Of a stretch of 64,000 nucleotides of DNA, positions 22,846 to 33,779 are shown piece after piece. The translations under genes were made by a program, and so were the position numbers. The notes under the pieces were generated by a model. That model was given only the letters and a program-made list of their open reading frames with translations. It did not search any database and had not been told where the DNA came from. Each line of letters starts with the position of its first letter. The first letter of the stretch is position 1. This DNA comes from Balanoglossus misakiensis. Taxonomy: Eukaryota > Animalia > Hemichordata. The stretch lies in assembly GCA_040954595.2 (NCBI GenBank), contig CM082597.2:8711778-8775777 (forward strand), read 5' to 3'.

Positions 22846-25800
22846 TGCAAGTTTCACGAACTACTTGGGATAAAAAATTCGATCCCTGATCACTCAGCAA
22901 AACTCTGGGGCTGCCATAAGTAGCAATTACTTCATCAAACAAGATCTTAGCGACTGTCTCAGCTCTTGCATTACGTAATGGATATGCTAGTGGAAATTTA
23001 GTAAAGTAATCAGTAAGTACTAAGATGTATTTATGACCATCATACGTTCTAGGGAGGGGTCCCACAATATCCATACCCAGTCGGTCCCAGGGTCCTGATA
23101 CTGGAATAGGTAACAACTTAGCATGAGTAGGGGGTGTGGCTCTCTTTCGTGTGTGACAATGTGCGCATGTCTTTACGTACATATTAACATCCCGGGGCAT
23201 CCTTTCCCAAAAATACCTCTGTCTTAAAACTCCCAACGTTTTAGTGTATCCCAAATGTCCTGCTAAAACACAATCATGAGCCCACCGCAGAACATAATTT
23301 CTTAAGGACTTAGGTATCACAACCTGTCTAACACAATCTAATTTACCAGCTGATTTCCCCGTAGGTTTCCAAAAATGATACAAAACCCCGTCAACAATGT
23401 CATAATTTGGAGCCATACTAACAAATTTACGAGCTAACTTTTGATCAGTTGGTAACTCATCATTCTCTAAATAATTAAGAAATTTATTCAAATAATTATC
23501 CTTTCTCTGTTCTCCCTTCATTCGTGATTGCACCTCACTGTCGAATGTTTTATCCACTTCAGTGTTGGAAGCATTTTCCTCCACGTCAGTGTTAGAAGTG
23601 TCGTTAGAACTGTTAAGTAAAATCCCATACCCAGATGTGTCCTCACTATTATCAGAATTATGAACCCCAGGTTCGGTTTGTTGCCCTGTATGTACATTAT
23701 TTATACAAGGTGAGTTTATGGGCTCAGTGTTTACACAGTTATCTACCATTGGAAACTGACTGTTAGGCTTGTAATTCATTTCAGGCGCATGCTCTAAATC
23801 AGTGACGTCAGACCTGTACCCCTCACATTGTTGATATGGTCCCCTTGACAACCCGTCAGCATTCATGTGTTTCTTACCAGGTCTATAGATAATTTCGTAC
23901 TGCTGCATGGTCATTATCCAACGGCCAATACGCCCCCTTGGTATTTTCTGTTTAAACATGTAAGTCAGATTGGAGTGATCAGTCACTATAGTGACATGGT
24001 TGCTCCGTACACAGTGATCACATTGTCGGATAGCATGAATGACGGCCAAAGCTTCCAATTCTGTAATTGAGTAATTTCTTTCGTGACAGTTTAAACTTCG
24101 ACCCCCATATAAAATCACTCGTTCAACACCATTCTGTCGTTGAGCTAAAACAAACCCCAGGGCATGAGTGGAACTATCGGTATAAATTATGAAATTTTCA
24201 TTCATATCCAGATACCCTAGAATTGGTGCTTGACACAGGACATGTTTTAATTTCTCAAATGCATGTTCGCATCGATCATCCCATTCAAATTTCGTGTCCT
24301 TTCCCAACAATTTATGCAGAGGCCTTGCAATGATCGAGAAATTCTTTATAAACTTTCTATAATAATTGGCCAACCCCAAAAATGATTTCAGCTGTGTGAC
24401 AGTATGGGGACGGGGATATTCTTTAACAGCTGTTACTTTACTCCCATCAACCGCAATTCCATCCTTACTGATAATATGACCCAAAAATTTAACATTCTTT
24501 CTCATAAATTGACATTTGCTGGGTTTTAATTTCAATCCAGCTTGACGTAACCTGGTTAGGACAGTATCAATGTGTTGTAGATGCTCCTCAAAAGAGCTGC
24601 TAAATATAATAATATAATCAATATAACATAACACATATTGCCACATAATATTGCGTAACACGTGTTGCATAGTACGCTGAAAACAACTGGGACTATTTCG
24701 CAACCCCTGGGCAAGTCTCCTGTATTGATATAACCCTTGATGTGTGACAAAAGCTGTTTTTGGTCTGCTCTCTTCATCTAATTCCAATTGAAAAAATCCT
24801 GACTGTAAGTCAAGCGTCGAAAAATACTGAGGCTTATTCTTGCCTAACATTTCAAGAGATTCGTCAGTTCTGGGTAAAGGAAACGAATCAGGCACTGTAA
24901 TATTATTCAAATGACGGAAATCTGTGCAAAAACGCCACGAACCATCAGGCTTTTTGACTAAAACTACTGGACTAGCAAACGGTGAAGTGGACGGCTCGAT
25001 AATATTTTGTTCTAACAGCTGATCAACTTGTCGCTCAAGTTCACGCCTTTTCTCAGGCGTTACTCGGTAAGGTGGGCGACGGAACGGGGCAGCACCCTCT
25101 TGTAATCGTATTGTATGTTTGATTACATCACAGTTGCCTAAACGACCACTAGAATCAACAAAAGCTTCCATATTGTGCAGTAAAACATCTCTAAGCTGTT
25201 TACGCTGTGCCTTAGTTATCTCTAATTCATTAAATTTCAATTGACCCATCAAATAATCCGTCTCTTTCTGTGTACGGGGCCCTTGAGGTGAGACACAATT
25301 AACGGCAGTATTATCGAGTGGGATTATTTCACTATTACGGGGCAAGGGCGAAAACATTCCAACAACACTGTTTTTCTTAATTTTGACCACAGTATCCAAA
25401 GTGTTTACAACTCGCATGGGAAGAAAATTCTTATTCGAATAGGCCAACCCCTTAGCTACCAAAATACCCGGGGTTAAGCGTGTTCGTTTATCAGAAATAC
25501 AGCCTAAAACTCCAGTAAGATATTTATACGGTACTTTCACTGAAATAACTATTTCACTTCCAGGTGGAATGTTAACATCAACATTGGTTCTTAACGGTAC
25601 GTCTGATTGTAATCTTAAAATATTACTCTTGAAATCAATAACAGCTCTATAACGCTTCATAAAATCAAGTCCCAAAATCAGATTATGCTGAAGAGACTCA
25701 ACTAAATTAACATACAGTAATACACGCTTATTCCCAATAAAAGCAGGTAATTTCATAAATCCAACTACCTTCAATTTGTCTTCGTTTGCTGTTTGTACAC

Positions 25801-27031
25801 AATTATATCTGGACTTGAACATCGGATAATTCTTTAGAGCGGGTACTAGCTCTAACAACCGAATAGGAGCTACAGTAATATGTGCTCCAGTATCAATTAA
25901 TGACGTCACTTTTTCATGACATATTGAAATTGGAATAACATTCTCATGAAAAGCACACCCATCTTTGTTAACAAAGTTTGCACCCTCTTTAACATTATAG
26001 GCACCCTCTTTCCCGAGTGCATTTATACCTGTACATGACCTCCTGTCGGACGATCCATCAAAATAAAATTTCCGACTAGGCTTCGAAACATTTCCAGAGA
26101 ACGCATATTTTGAACAATTTCTAGCTATATGATCGTAACGCCCACAATTAAAACATGCACGGGAATTAAATTGACTATGTCGAGGAAAACGTTGGGTAGA
26201 GTGCCCAGTAAAATTATATCTGTTCCTCTTTACCTTATAGTCTATTGTTCGTTCTCTTGCTCTGTAATTCGGCGATTTCTTCTCTCTGTTTGTCGATCGT
26301 CCTCGATGATCTGCCGCGCTTGATTTGGTCTTCATTTCTTGATCTTCTTGTTTCATCTCGTCAATCCGTGTCGAGATTTGTTGTAAAAGACCCGCTTCTG
26401 GCTCGTCTGTCTCTGGTAATCCTGCCACGACCTCTGCTGTTCGAGCATGTTTGTACGCTGTTTCGAAGTCCTTAGGTGACATTCCCGCTACGAACTTTAG
26501 TATGTCCGGTCTCAGTCCGTTCATGAAGAAAGATAGTAGTTCCTCATCAGTCTTTTTCGCTTTTTCTGCTTTTTCGCATATTAATTCCGCATATTGTTCA
26601 ACAGTCTGGTCCGGCAGTTGCTTCAGGCGAAACAGTTTCTCGTCATACAGCCACATCGGACCGCACTTATCAAAACGAGCGAGGAAGACATTTTGCAGTG
26701 TCGTCAAGTCATTTTTCTTTTCAGCAGACAGTCTGTAGAACCATCGCTCCGCTTCACCAGTCAAATATAGTCCGATTCCTTTAAGCCGTTTCTCGTCTGA
26801 CCATTGCTTAAAGTCAGCAAAGTCTATATATTTTTTCCACCATCGGTGTGCATTCTCAGTCTCTGTAGCCGAAAAGAAACCTGGACCTACCTGACCTCCA
26901 GCTCTGAGTGTAACCTGTCGTATTTCCGATATTTGACTGTTCATGTCGTTTAGCATCTCGCGATCCATGCTGTAATCTTTCCGCTGGACGTCGCCGTTTC
27001 TGTCTCCGATGGATTTGTTTCGTCTACCCAC
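22793..27031 (-). CDS. gag-pol: Gag-Pol polyprotein (Gag with CCHC knuckle, protease, dUTPase-like insert, RT, RNase H, integrase N-half)
   Basis: CFNCGRYDHIARNC; LIDTGA; SPFASPVVLVKKPDGSWRFCTDFR; FSTLDLQSGF; YIDY where YxDD is expected; YTDSS...ELEALA; HDCVLAGHLG...CAHC; MDIVGPLP...SDQGSNF. Confidence 0.95.
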   Translation of the reverse strand: MGRRNKSIGDRNGDVQRKDYSMDREMLNDMNSQISEIRQVTLRAGGQVGPGFFSATETENAHRWWKKYIDFADFKQWSDEKRLKGIGLYLTGEAERWFYRLSAEKKNDLTTLQNVFLARFDKCGPMWLYDEKLFRLKQLPDQTVEQYAELICEKAEKAKKTDEELLSFFMNGLRPDILKFVAGMSPKDFETAYKHARTAEVVAGLPETDEPEAGLLQQISTRIDEMKQEDQEMKTKSSAADHRGRSTNREKKSPNYRARERTIDYKVKRNRYNFTGHSTQRFPRHSQFNSRACFNCGRYDHIARNCSKYAFSGNVSKPSRKFYFDGSSDRRSCTGINALGKEGAYNVKEGANFVNKDGCAFHENVIPISICHEKVTSLIDTGAHITVAPIRLLELVPALKNYPMFKSRYNCVQTANEDKLKVVGFMKLPAFIGNKRVLLYVNLVESLQHNLILGLDFMKRYRAVIDFKSNILRLQSDVPLRTNVDVNIPPGSEIVISVKVPYKYLTGVLGCISDKRTRLTPGILVAKGLAYSNKNFLPMRVVNTLDTVVKIKKNSVVGMFSPLPRNSEIIPLDNTAVNCVSPQGPRTQKETDYLMGQLKFNELEITKAQRKQLRDVLLHNMEAFVDSSGRLGNCDVIKHTIRLQEGAAPFRRPPYRVTPEKRRELERQVDQLLEQNIIEPSTSPFASPVVLVKKPDGSWRFCTDFRHLNNITVPDSFPLPRTDESLEMLGKNKPQYFSTLDLQSGFFQLELDEESRPKTAFVTHQGLYQYRRLAQGLRNSPSCFQRTMQHVLRNIMWQYVLCYIDYIIIFSSSFEEHLQHIDTVLTRLRQAGLKLKPSKCQFMRKNVKFLGHIISKDGIAVDGSKVTAVKEYPRPHTVTQLKSFLGLANYYRKFIKNFSIIARPLHKLLGKDTKFEWDDRCEHAFEKLKHVLCQAPILGYLDMNENFIIYTDSSTHALGFVLAQRQNGVERVILYGGRSLNCHERNYSITELEALAVIHAIRQCDHCVRSNHVTIVTDHSNLTYMFKQKIPRGRIGRWIMTMQQYEIIYRPGKKHMNADGLSRGPYQQCEGYRSDVTDLEHAPEMNYKPNSQFPMVDNCVNTEPINSPCINNVHTGQQTEPGVHNSDNSEDTSGYGILLNSSNDTSNTDVEENASNTEVDKTFDSEVQSRMKGEQRKDNYLNKFLNYLENDELPTDQKLARKFVSMAPNYDIVDGVLYHFWKPTGKSAGKLDCVRQVVIPKSLRNYVLRWAHDCVLAGHLGYTKTLGVLRQRYFWERMPRDVNMYVKTCAHCHTRKRATPPTHAKLLPIPVSGPWDRLGMDIVGPLPRTYDGHKYILVLTDYFTKFPLAYPLRNARAETVAKILFDEVIATYGSPRVLLSDQGSNFLSQVVRETCKFFQHPEESFDPLSSTD

Positions 27032-27033
27032 GT

Positions 27034-27043
27034 ATCTCCACCA
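27034..27043 (-). promoter_or_regulatory. Primer-binding site, complementary to a tRNA-Ala-type 3' end
   Basis: TGGTGGAGAT lies 2 nt after the 5' LTR and matches the ...ATCTCCACCA 3' end of eukaryotic tRNA-Ala. Confidence 0.7.
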
Positions 27044-27045
27044 TG

Positions 27046-27566
27046 TATTACGGCTGGTTTCTCATGATTGTTCATGCATCGGGGAATCTGTAGCGATGAG
27101 GTATCGGGCTCTGACGAGAACAGTGATCCACGGAGACACGTATCTGATTCACGTTCATTTATTGTGCAGAACTACTCCAGTACATCAAATACGCCCAGTA
27201 AAGTACATGAGGAAGGGAACGAGCTCAGTAGCCTGAGGTACTCCCATCTCCCGTTAGATTATTTCTCCTCAACTTTGGAAACAAAGTTCTCTTATAATTA
27301 CTTTTCTCAAGGCGTGGTTAATAATGTAAAATATATGTGTTACAATTTCATTGGGCATCAGTCAACTCTATACGAACCAATTTACATAAGGTGTTATATA
27401 ACAAAGTCAGTTCGGTGATGATTGACAATCAGAGCAGTCAGTTAAACACCCGCTCTCCCTATCTACTTCAAATACATAAAATCAAATACTATCAAACATT
27501 GACATTTCCGAGCTCTGGATTAATTAACCCTTGAAATCGTATTTGACCTTTATACAGATCGTAACA
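27046..27566 (-). repeat. 5' LTR
   Basis: Minus-strand termini TGTTACG...CGTAATA. Only one difference from the other LTR seen by eye (atcagtc vs atccgtc). Confidence 0.93.
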
Positions 27567-28409
27567 ACTGTGTTGTGGGGTAATGAAACCTCAGAGTTGT
27601 TTTCTGTTTCTAACGGTGTAAGCCAAGGGGGAGTACTCTCTCCCTATCTTTTTAATGTCTACATTGATGATCTTATCAATGCACTCTGTAAAGCCAAAGT
27701 TGGCTGTACCATATGTGGTGTCAGCGCTAACATTTTAGGTTACGCTGACGACATGACTCTACTCAGTCCAAGTATTAAGGGTCTACGCCGTCTTCTTAGA
27801 ATTGGTGAAATTTATGGCAAGGATTATGATATCATTTATAATTCTAGTAAAACTGTGTGCATGCTTTTTAATGGGAAGAATATGAGCGTTCAAAGAATTC
27901 CTTCGGTTAAACTTAATGACATCACTTTAAAGTTTGTACCTGTACACACCTATCTGGGCCATGTTATATCTTGTGATGGTTGTGATAATGAAGATATTGA
28001 ACGACAGAGAAGAGCATTTTGTGTTAGAGCAAACATGCTATTGAGACATTTTCAACATTTTAGTCAAGATGTGAAGAAAGTTTTATTTTTGGCATATTGT
28101 AGTAATATTTACTGTTGCAGTTTGTGGGCATCCTTTAAAGTTAAATCGATGAAAAAATTTAAAACTATGTACAATAATATTTGGAGAAGACTTCTCGGTC
28201 TTCCGCCATTTTGCAGTGCATCGGGTATGTTTGCTACAAACCATGTACATGTATTGTCACTTGGTGAAGTTTTTAGACGCAATATGTACAGTTTTAAGCG
28301 TAGACTCGAAAATTCTTCTAATGTTTTACTTGATGCGATCTGTTCATCAGATAGAGCGACTGACAGCATATTTTTCAAACATTGGCGAAAGCAATTGTAT
28401 ATCATGTAA
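27567..28409 (+). pseudogene. LINE ORF2, 3' part (RT core and C-terminus)
   Basis: TVLWGNETSELFSVSNGVSQGGVLSP...YADD... continues the frame left at 20299 when the Gypsy element and one ACTG are removed. Confidence 0.88.
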
Positions 28410-29274
28410 TTCTGCAGAGTTTTTTTTTTGTGTGTGTCTCAGTTTCAGATTTTTATTATTGTTTTTTTTTCTTCTCTCTTTTGGGTATATGGACTTTTTT
28501 TAAAGTCTGAAATAAAGAATTATTATTATTTGTTAGCTGTTGCCATTCAAATGTGTCTACGCAAACCCGGTACACTGGCAGTGGGCTTTGACTCTAAGTC
28601 GCTAATGTTGTGGGAGGTTTCATTAGCATTGTAGTCACATGTAGTGGATAGTAGTTTGGGAAATTGCCTGAAATACGTCAGCAGACCAGTGATTTTCTTG
28701 CACGAAGGGAGTATGGTACCAGCAATAATCAGAGATCAGGCTTCGTTGCCGTTCAAAAGTTCCTACTTCAGTCGTGATGTTGCAACTGGACGTTCAGTAT
28801 GGGGGTCGGCCCGCAGGTGGCCGTGTGGGTTATCAGGTCGCCCGTAACGGCACGCAGCTACATGCAGCTGTATGGGACCAAAATAATACACCCGATTCGG
28901 GTGTCACCTGTGACACCTGCATAACTCAATAATTATGTGCATGCGTAATTGTGGGGTCAATGAAAGGGGTGGTAGCGTGGTATTTGTTGCACATGGATCA
29001 ATATGTAGTCCGATTTTCCCGTCAAGTTGTGGGCGACCTTATGTGACCTTTCACCTACTTTTGCTTAGTGAGCATCCACAGCAGATGCATGCAGCTTTGG
29101 CTTGGGGGGGGCATATACGGATGGGACCATAATGATATACCAAAGGCGGGGTCACCTGGTGCACCTGCCTAAGTCATTGATTTTGTACATTTAATTGGAC
29201 ACTAACCAACAGGGCGATAGGTGTGGTTTTTGTTCCACAGGGACGAATGTAAGTGTCAGTTGGTTTTTGCCCAA

Positions 29275-30147
29275 ATGTCCATTGAGGCCTGTATCCGTGA
29301 TCTTAAGGACTGGATGACCCAAAACAAGCTTCAACTCAACGACTCCAAAACTGAGATTCTACTTATTCGTTCACAATTTCATCACTCTGCTGATGCTATT
29401 GACAAGATTACCATTGGTTCAAGCTCTGTTCCCGTCGTTAAATCAGCTCGCAATATTGGTGTAATATTTGACAATACGCACATGTATAAAGATCACATCA
29501 AGAAAACTTGTCAATCAATATATTACCACTTTCGCCGTGTCGGACAAATCAGGAAATTTCTTAACAAAGCAACATGTCAAACAGTGATTCATGCTATTTT
29601 GGCAGCGAAACTCGACTATGGTAATGCATTACTGTATGGTATACCAGAAAGCAGTCTGAACCTTCTACAACGCACATAAAATACAGCTGCAACAATCATA
29701 ACTCAGTCCAGGAAGTCTGCCCATATAACGCCAGTTCTTCAACTTCTTCATTGGTTACCAGTTCGCCACAGGATAGAGTATAACATAAATCTGCTCACAT
29801 ACAAAGCCTTAAATAATCTCGCTCCGAACTATATCCGCGATCTCATTCGGACATATTCTCCTGGTCGCAGGCTTCGTTCAGCTAATAAGAGCCTTTTATG
29901 CACTACAATGTACAAACGTTCTTCATACGGTGGCCGAGCATTCTCACATGCTGCACCGAAACTGTGGAACTCTCTGCCACAAGACATTCGTCAAGCTCCA
30001 AGTTTGAGTATCTTTAAGAAAAGACTGAAGACGCATTATTTCGCAAGAGCATATGGTGTGGGCCAATGAGCACAAGCGCCTTTGAGTATGACACTTGTTA
30101 TAGATACTGGCGCTATACAAATTTCTCTGATTGATTGATTGATTGAT
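29275..30147 (+). mobile_element. L2-clade LINE 3' fragment
   Basis: WMTQNKLQLNDSKTE...SARNIGVIFD...KLDYGNALLYG (stop) ...HITPVLQLLHWLPV...GRAFSHAAPKLWNSLP...FKKRLKTHYF. 3' stem (agcgcc...ggcgct) and (TGAT)n tail. Confidence 0.9.
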
Positions 30148-30953
30148 GTATAAGGTGATTTGGATGACCTCTGTCATACAGTGCCATATCTCATCCCGTT
30201 GTACAGGTGCAGCTTTGGTATTTGGAGGGATGAAACTATCATGAAATGCCAAATACAGGGGATACCTTTGACACCTGCTTGATTCATGTATTACGTGCAT
30301 ACCTAATGTTAGGCAAAGTGAAAGGGCTGCAAATGTACGATTTGTTGCACAAGACATAAACAGGAATGAAATTTTTGTCAAATTTTTGAATGACCTCAGG
30401 TGTCCATTGACCTGCTTTCCACATGTTAGCATGCACATCATATATAGCTACGTGTTTGGAGGGGTAGGGTAGGACCGTCATGAAATGCTAAATTCCTAGG
30501 GACACCTGTAACTTACTTGCGTAACTCATTATTATGGCCATACCCAATTTTAAAAACCCAAAGGGCGAGAATTTTCCGTTGTCTTGAATATGAACCAAAT
30601 AGGAATCCAAATTTTTGGCCCAATTTTTGAGTACCCTCAGCAGACCTTTGAAGTACTTAACTGAAGTCCTTACATAACGTAGAAGTTCACTTTTGGTTGT
30701 TGTGTTTGTACTTGTAGGACATCCATTTCGGGTGGTTGCCTACTTCCCCATATCTCCACATCCAGAGCAAATACAGCCTACACATTTGAATGGTACAACC
30801 CTGAATGGAGTCTAATGGTTATTATCTCTATGCTTGGGCCCCTTCAATGCTGATTGCAGCTTTAATTATTACTATTATTATTGTCACGATATAAAGACAC
30901 CAACTAAAAACTTACAAAATCACAATGTCTTCACAACTCAAAATTTCACTCAC

Positions 30954-32050
30954 TTCTTTTAGTTTGGTAGCCACCCCTCCTTTCTGTCCTAGCATAACAG
31001 GAGCACCATCACTGCCCAAAGCAGACAGACGATCTCTTAAGACAATACCATTCTCTGAAGAAAACTCTTTCACTGACTGTGCAATGGTGTCTGCTCTGCC
31101 ATCACCAACCTAAAACAGTGAAAATAAAACCTTGATGTTAACACATGCAATGTACAACTCAATGTTTGTCTCACCTGAAATAACTAGTCAGCAAAATCAA
31201 TTAAATGAGGTCACTCAAAAACATGTTTAATCGTATGTTTTTAATTCAGTGTAGACTTAAAAATTGAAAAACTTTCCACTTACTTCTTTAACTCCAAGGA
31301 AAGACACAACTGACTTCCCAGACTTCAAGGTGTACTTGGAATAGATGATTAATTGCTTCAATACAGCCACATCAGTTGTTTTCATCTATTAACAGTGAAT
31401 AGAAGTTACTTCCTTTCATCTTCTCTAAAATCTCATCACGGATGACTTTGCCTGAAAAATGAAATAAATGAAAATTACTCTTCAGATTAAACTTATCAAA
31501 ATTCACAGTAATTTGTACAGTAATTATTATTTATTGAGTGTAACACTATTGCTTAACAGTGATCCTTTCTTGAAAACAACCAGGTTTAAATAAATGTTAC
31601 TACATTGCCTACAATTTAGATCTGCACAAAAATCAGTAGACCTACTTACCAATGCAATAAACCATTATAGTTGTGGTCATCACTGCTGAGAGTACCAAGG
31701 AATAAACACCCGAGGGACTTTGCCAATTCCAAAACATGGATGAATTTGGTGGTGTGCGGCAATTCTCTGTGCATGAGAAAATACATGCATCGTAGGACGC
31801 CGATGCATGAAGGCTTGCGTCTCAACGGTGATGACCTTGTCAAATGCAGCCACAAGACCGCTGCTATTCTCGGTAACTGCTGCCTCGGCGTCAAGCTGCA
31901 TTGCCGCCCGGTCGATAATCGTCTCTTCATGCTGCTTGAGTTTGTCTTCGCGAAGGGTGGTACATGTACATGTACATGGAGATGTTGTAACCCAAGTCCC
32001 TCCGCACTTGGCCTTCTGCTTGTGTTTTGTACAAAGGCGACAAAACATCC
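30954..32050 (-). pseudogene. Decayed intron-containing hAT transposase (ZNF862-like), three exons
   Basis: Exon ~31650-32050 (MFCRLC...HE; CMYFLMHRELPHTTKF..LELAKSLG), exon 31284-31451 (FYSLLIDE.TDVAVLKQLIIY) and exon 30954-31109 (DGRADTI...LGSDGAPVMLGQKGGVATKLKE). GT-AG introns, frameshifts, C-terminus missing. Confidence 0.85.
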
Positions 32051-33323
32051 CTAAACTGAATAAATATCATTCTCTCAAATGCCAGCCGCATGCGGGAGCG
32101 TGCACCAGAAACAATAAATATTTACCAAGGCGGGAATGAAAAGAAAGCAGGGCGGCGCGTAAGATAGCAGGGTGGCAAAAAATAAAGAAGGGCGGGTCTG
32201 CCCAGCTAACCCTCCCCCCCCCAAAGTATTAACGCTCTGTGTTTACCATAGACTAATAGTGTGAACCTGGTAAGAGACGTGTCTCAAATCTGAGAAGATT
32301 CAGGACCACTTATACCATTCACCAATAATAATTTATGCCAGTATTTGATCTGAGACGTTTTAGCAATTTCTTGTGTGACCCCCATATCAGTTGAAGCTGA
32401 CAAATCCAGTATTTTGAATTTTTACATGGATTTTGTATACAGTGTGAATTGTAATTAAAGCTCCATTACCTTTACCTTTTTCCTATGTTTTCAGTATCTT
32501 TGTTTAGCAGTTTCTTGTGCAAATTCCCGAAACATGATGAAACATATATGTGTATGGTCAGCATTGTTATTGTGCCAAATTGGAATTTAAGTCCAGACTA
32601 GAATCCATGAATTATTGTCAACAATGACAATGGCCATTATACACATACATTCTGTGCTGACAAGTAACAATCTTTGTGGAGTAGAACATGAAATCGCATT
32701 TGCTACATAGAACAAAATTACTGGAAATAAAGCCAAAAGATACAACGAATGTATATTTAACTTTAACTGCATTCTCATTCTCATCTGTATATAACAGTAT
32801 AGAAAACATTTTCCAATTTCCGAAAAACCCCTTTTTTACATAATTACTGCTGAAAAAGTTAGAAATTTATGAAAATATTCCCTATTCTTTGCCAATTGCT
32901 AATGAAAAAATTACATAAAGGTATTCTTAGTCTCTTTCCTGCAGCTGTACAGCAGGAAAAATGCATTTTGTCATATTTTGGCTTTAAACTCAAATTAAAA
33001 TTTATCTGTGAAAAAACTGAGTCTCCTTCAAAGACACGTACATGACAATCTTTTTGATTTTTTTCTAATGAAACTTTGTCTCCATGTTTATCATGAGTAA
33101 TATTTCTATTGAAAATTTGCAAGTGTGTGAAGTGTTTGTAAAATTTCGCCAGAAAAAACAATAACATCAACAAGTAAATCTGAAACCCAATATTTATTAC
33201 AAGAATTGTTAGATTAATATCCGTATCACACAAATCCGTTGGATTTCGTATGAATTTTAGGAAATAAGCACCGCTCATTGACAAATCCATATTTTGCAGC
33301 TGAAATACTTGGAAAAGAGTCAG

Positions 33324-33779
33324 TGGCATGTGAGAGCTTGGAAATTTCCAAGCACTGACAAGGGTCTGTGGTCGGAAATTTCCAGAAACTCAGGGAATGT
33401 GAGAGTCTGGAAATTTCCAAGCGCTGACAAGGGTCAGTGGTCGGAAATTTCCAGACACTCAGGGAATGTGAGAGCTTAGAAATTTCCAAGCACTGACAAG
33501 GGTCAGTGGTCGGAAATTTCCAGACACTCAGGGAATGTGAGAGCCTGGAAATTTCCAAGCGCTGACAAGGGTCAGTGGTCGGAAATTTCCAGACACTCAG
33601 GGAATGTGAGAGCTTAGAAATTTCCAAGCACTGACAAGGGTCAGTGGTCGGAAATTTCCACACACTCAGGGAATGTGAGAGCCTGGAAATTTCCAAGTAC
33701 TGACAAGGGTCAGTGGTCGGAAATTTCCAGACACTCAGGGAATGTGAGAGCCTGGAAATTTCCAAGCACTGACAGGGTC
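33324..33779 (+). repeat. 69-bp minisatellite, ~6.6 units
   Basis: Unit starts at 33393, 33462, 33531, 33600, 33669 and 33738. Each unit has two GGAAATTTCC and a cactgac-aagg-gtcagtg hairpin. Confidence 0.95.

Larger units (their letters stand above)
20300..27566 (-). mobile_element. Full-length Ty3/Gypsy LTR retrotransposon with chromodomain
   Basis: Two 521-bp LTRs, 4-bp TSD ACTG (20296-20299, 27567-27570), PBS, PPT, and gag-PR-RT-RH-IN domain order. Confidence 0.97.
18898..28530 (+). mobile_element. 5'-truncated non-LTR retrotransposon (LINE, probably Proto2 clade), interrupted by a Gypsy element
   Basis: Endonuclease tail (WIDH...SDHIP), RT motifs (NYRPIAL, QFGFK, LDASKAFD, GVSQGGVLSPYLFNVY, YADD) and C-terminal YNN..R.L.GLP..CSAS.MF. 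3' end is aataaa plus (TTA)n. Candidate TSD tgttag at 18892-18897 and 28531-28536. Confidence 0.9.

Noticed and set aside
22835-22850. Programmed ribosomal frameshift at AAATTTTTT in the integrase
   Set aside because: The required shift is +1, the heptamer is not in the X XXY YYZ phase, and it falls mid catalytic core. A 1-nt insertion or sequencing error is simpler.
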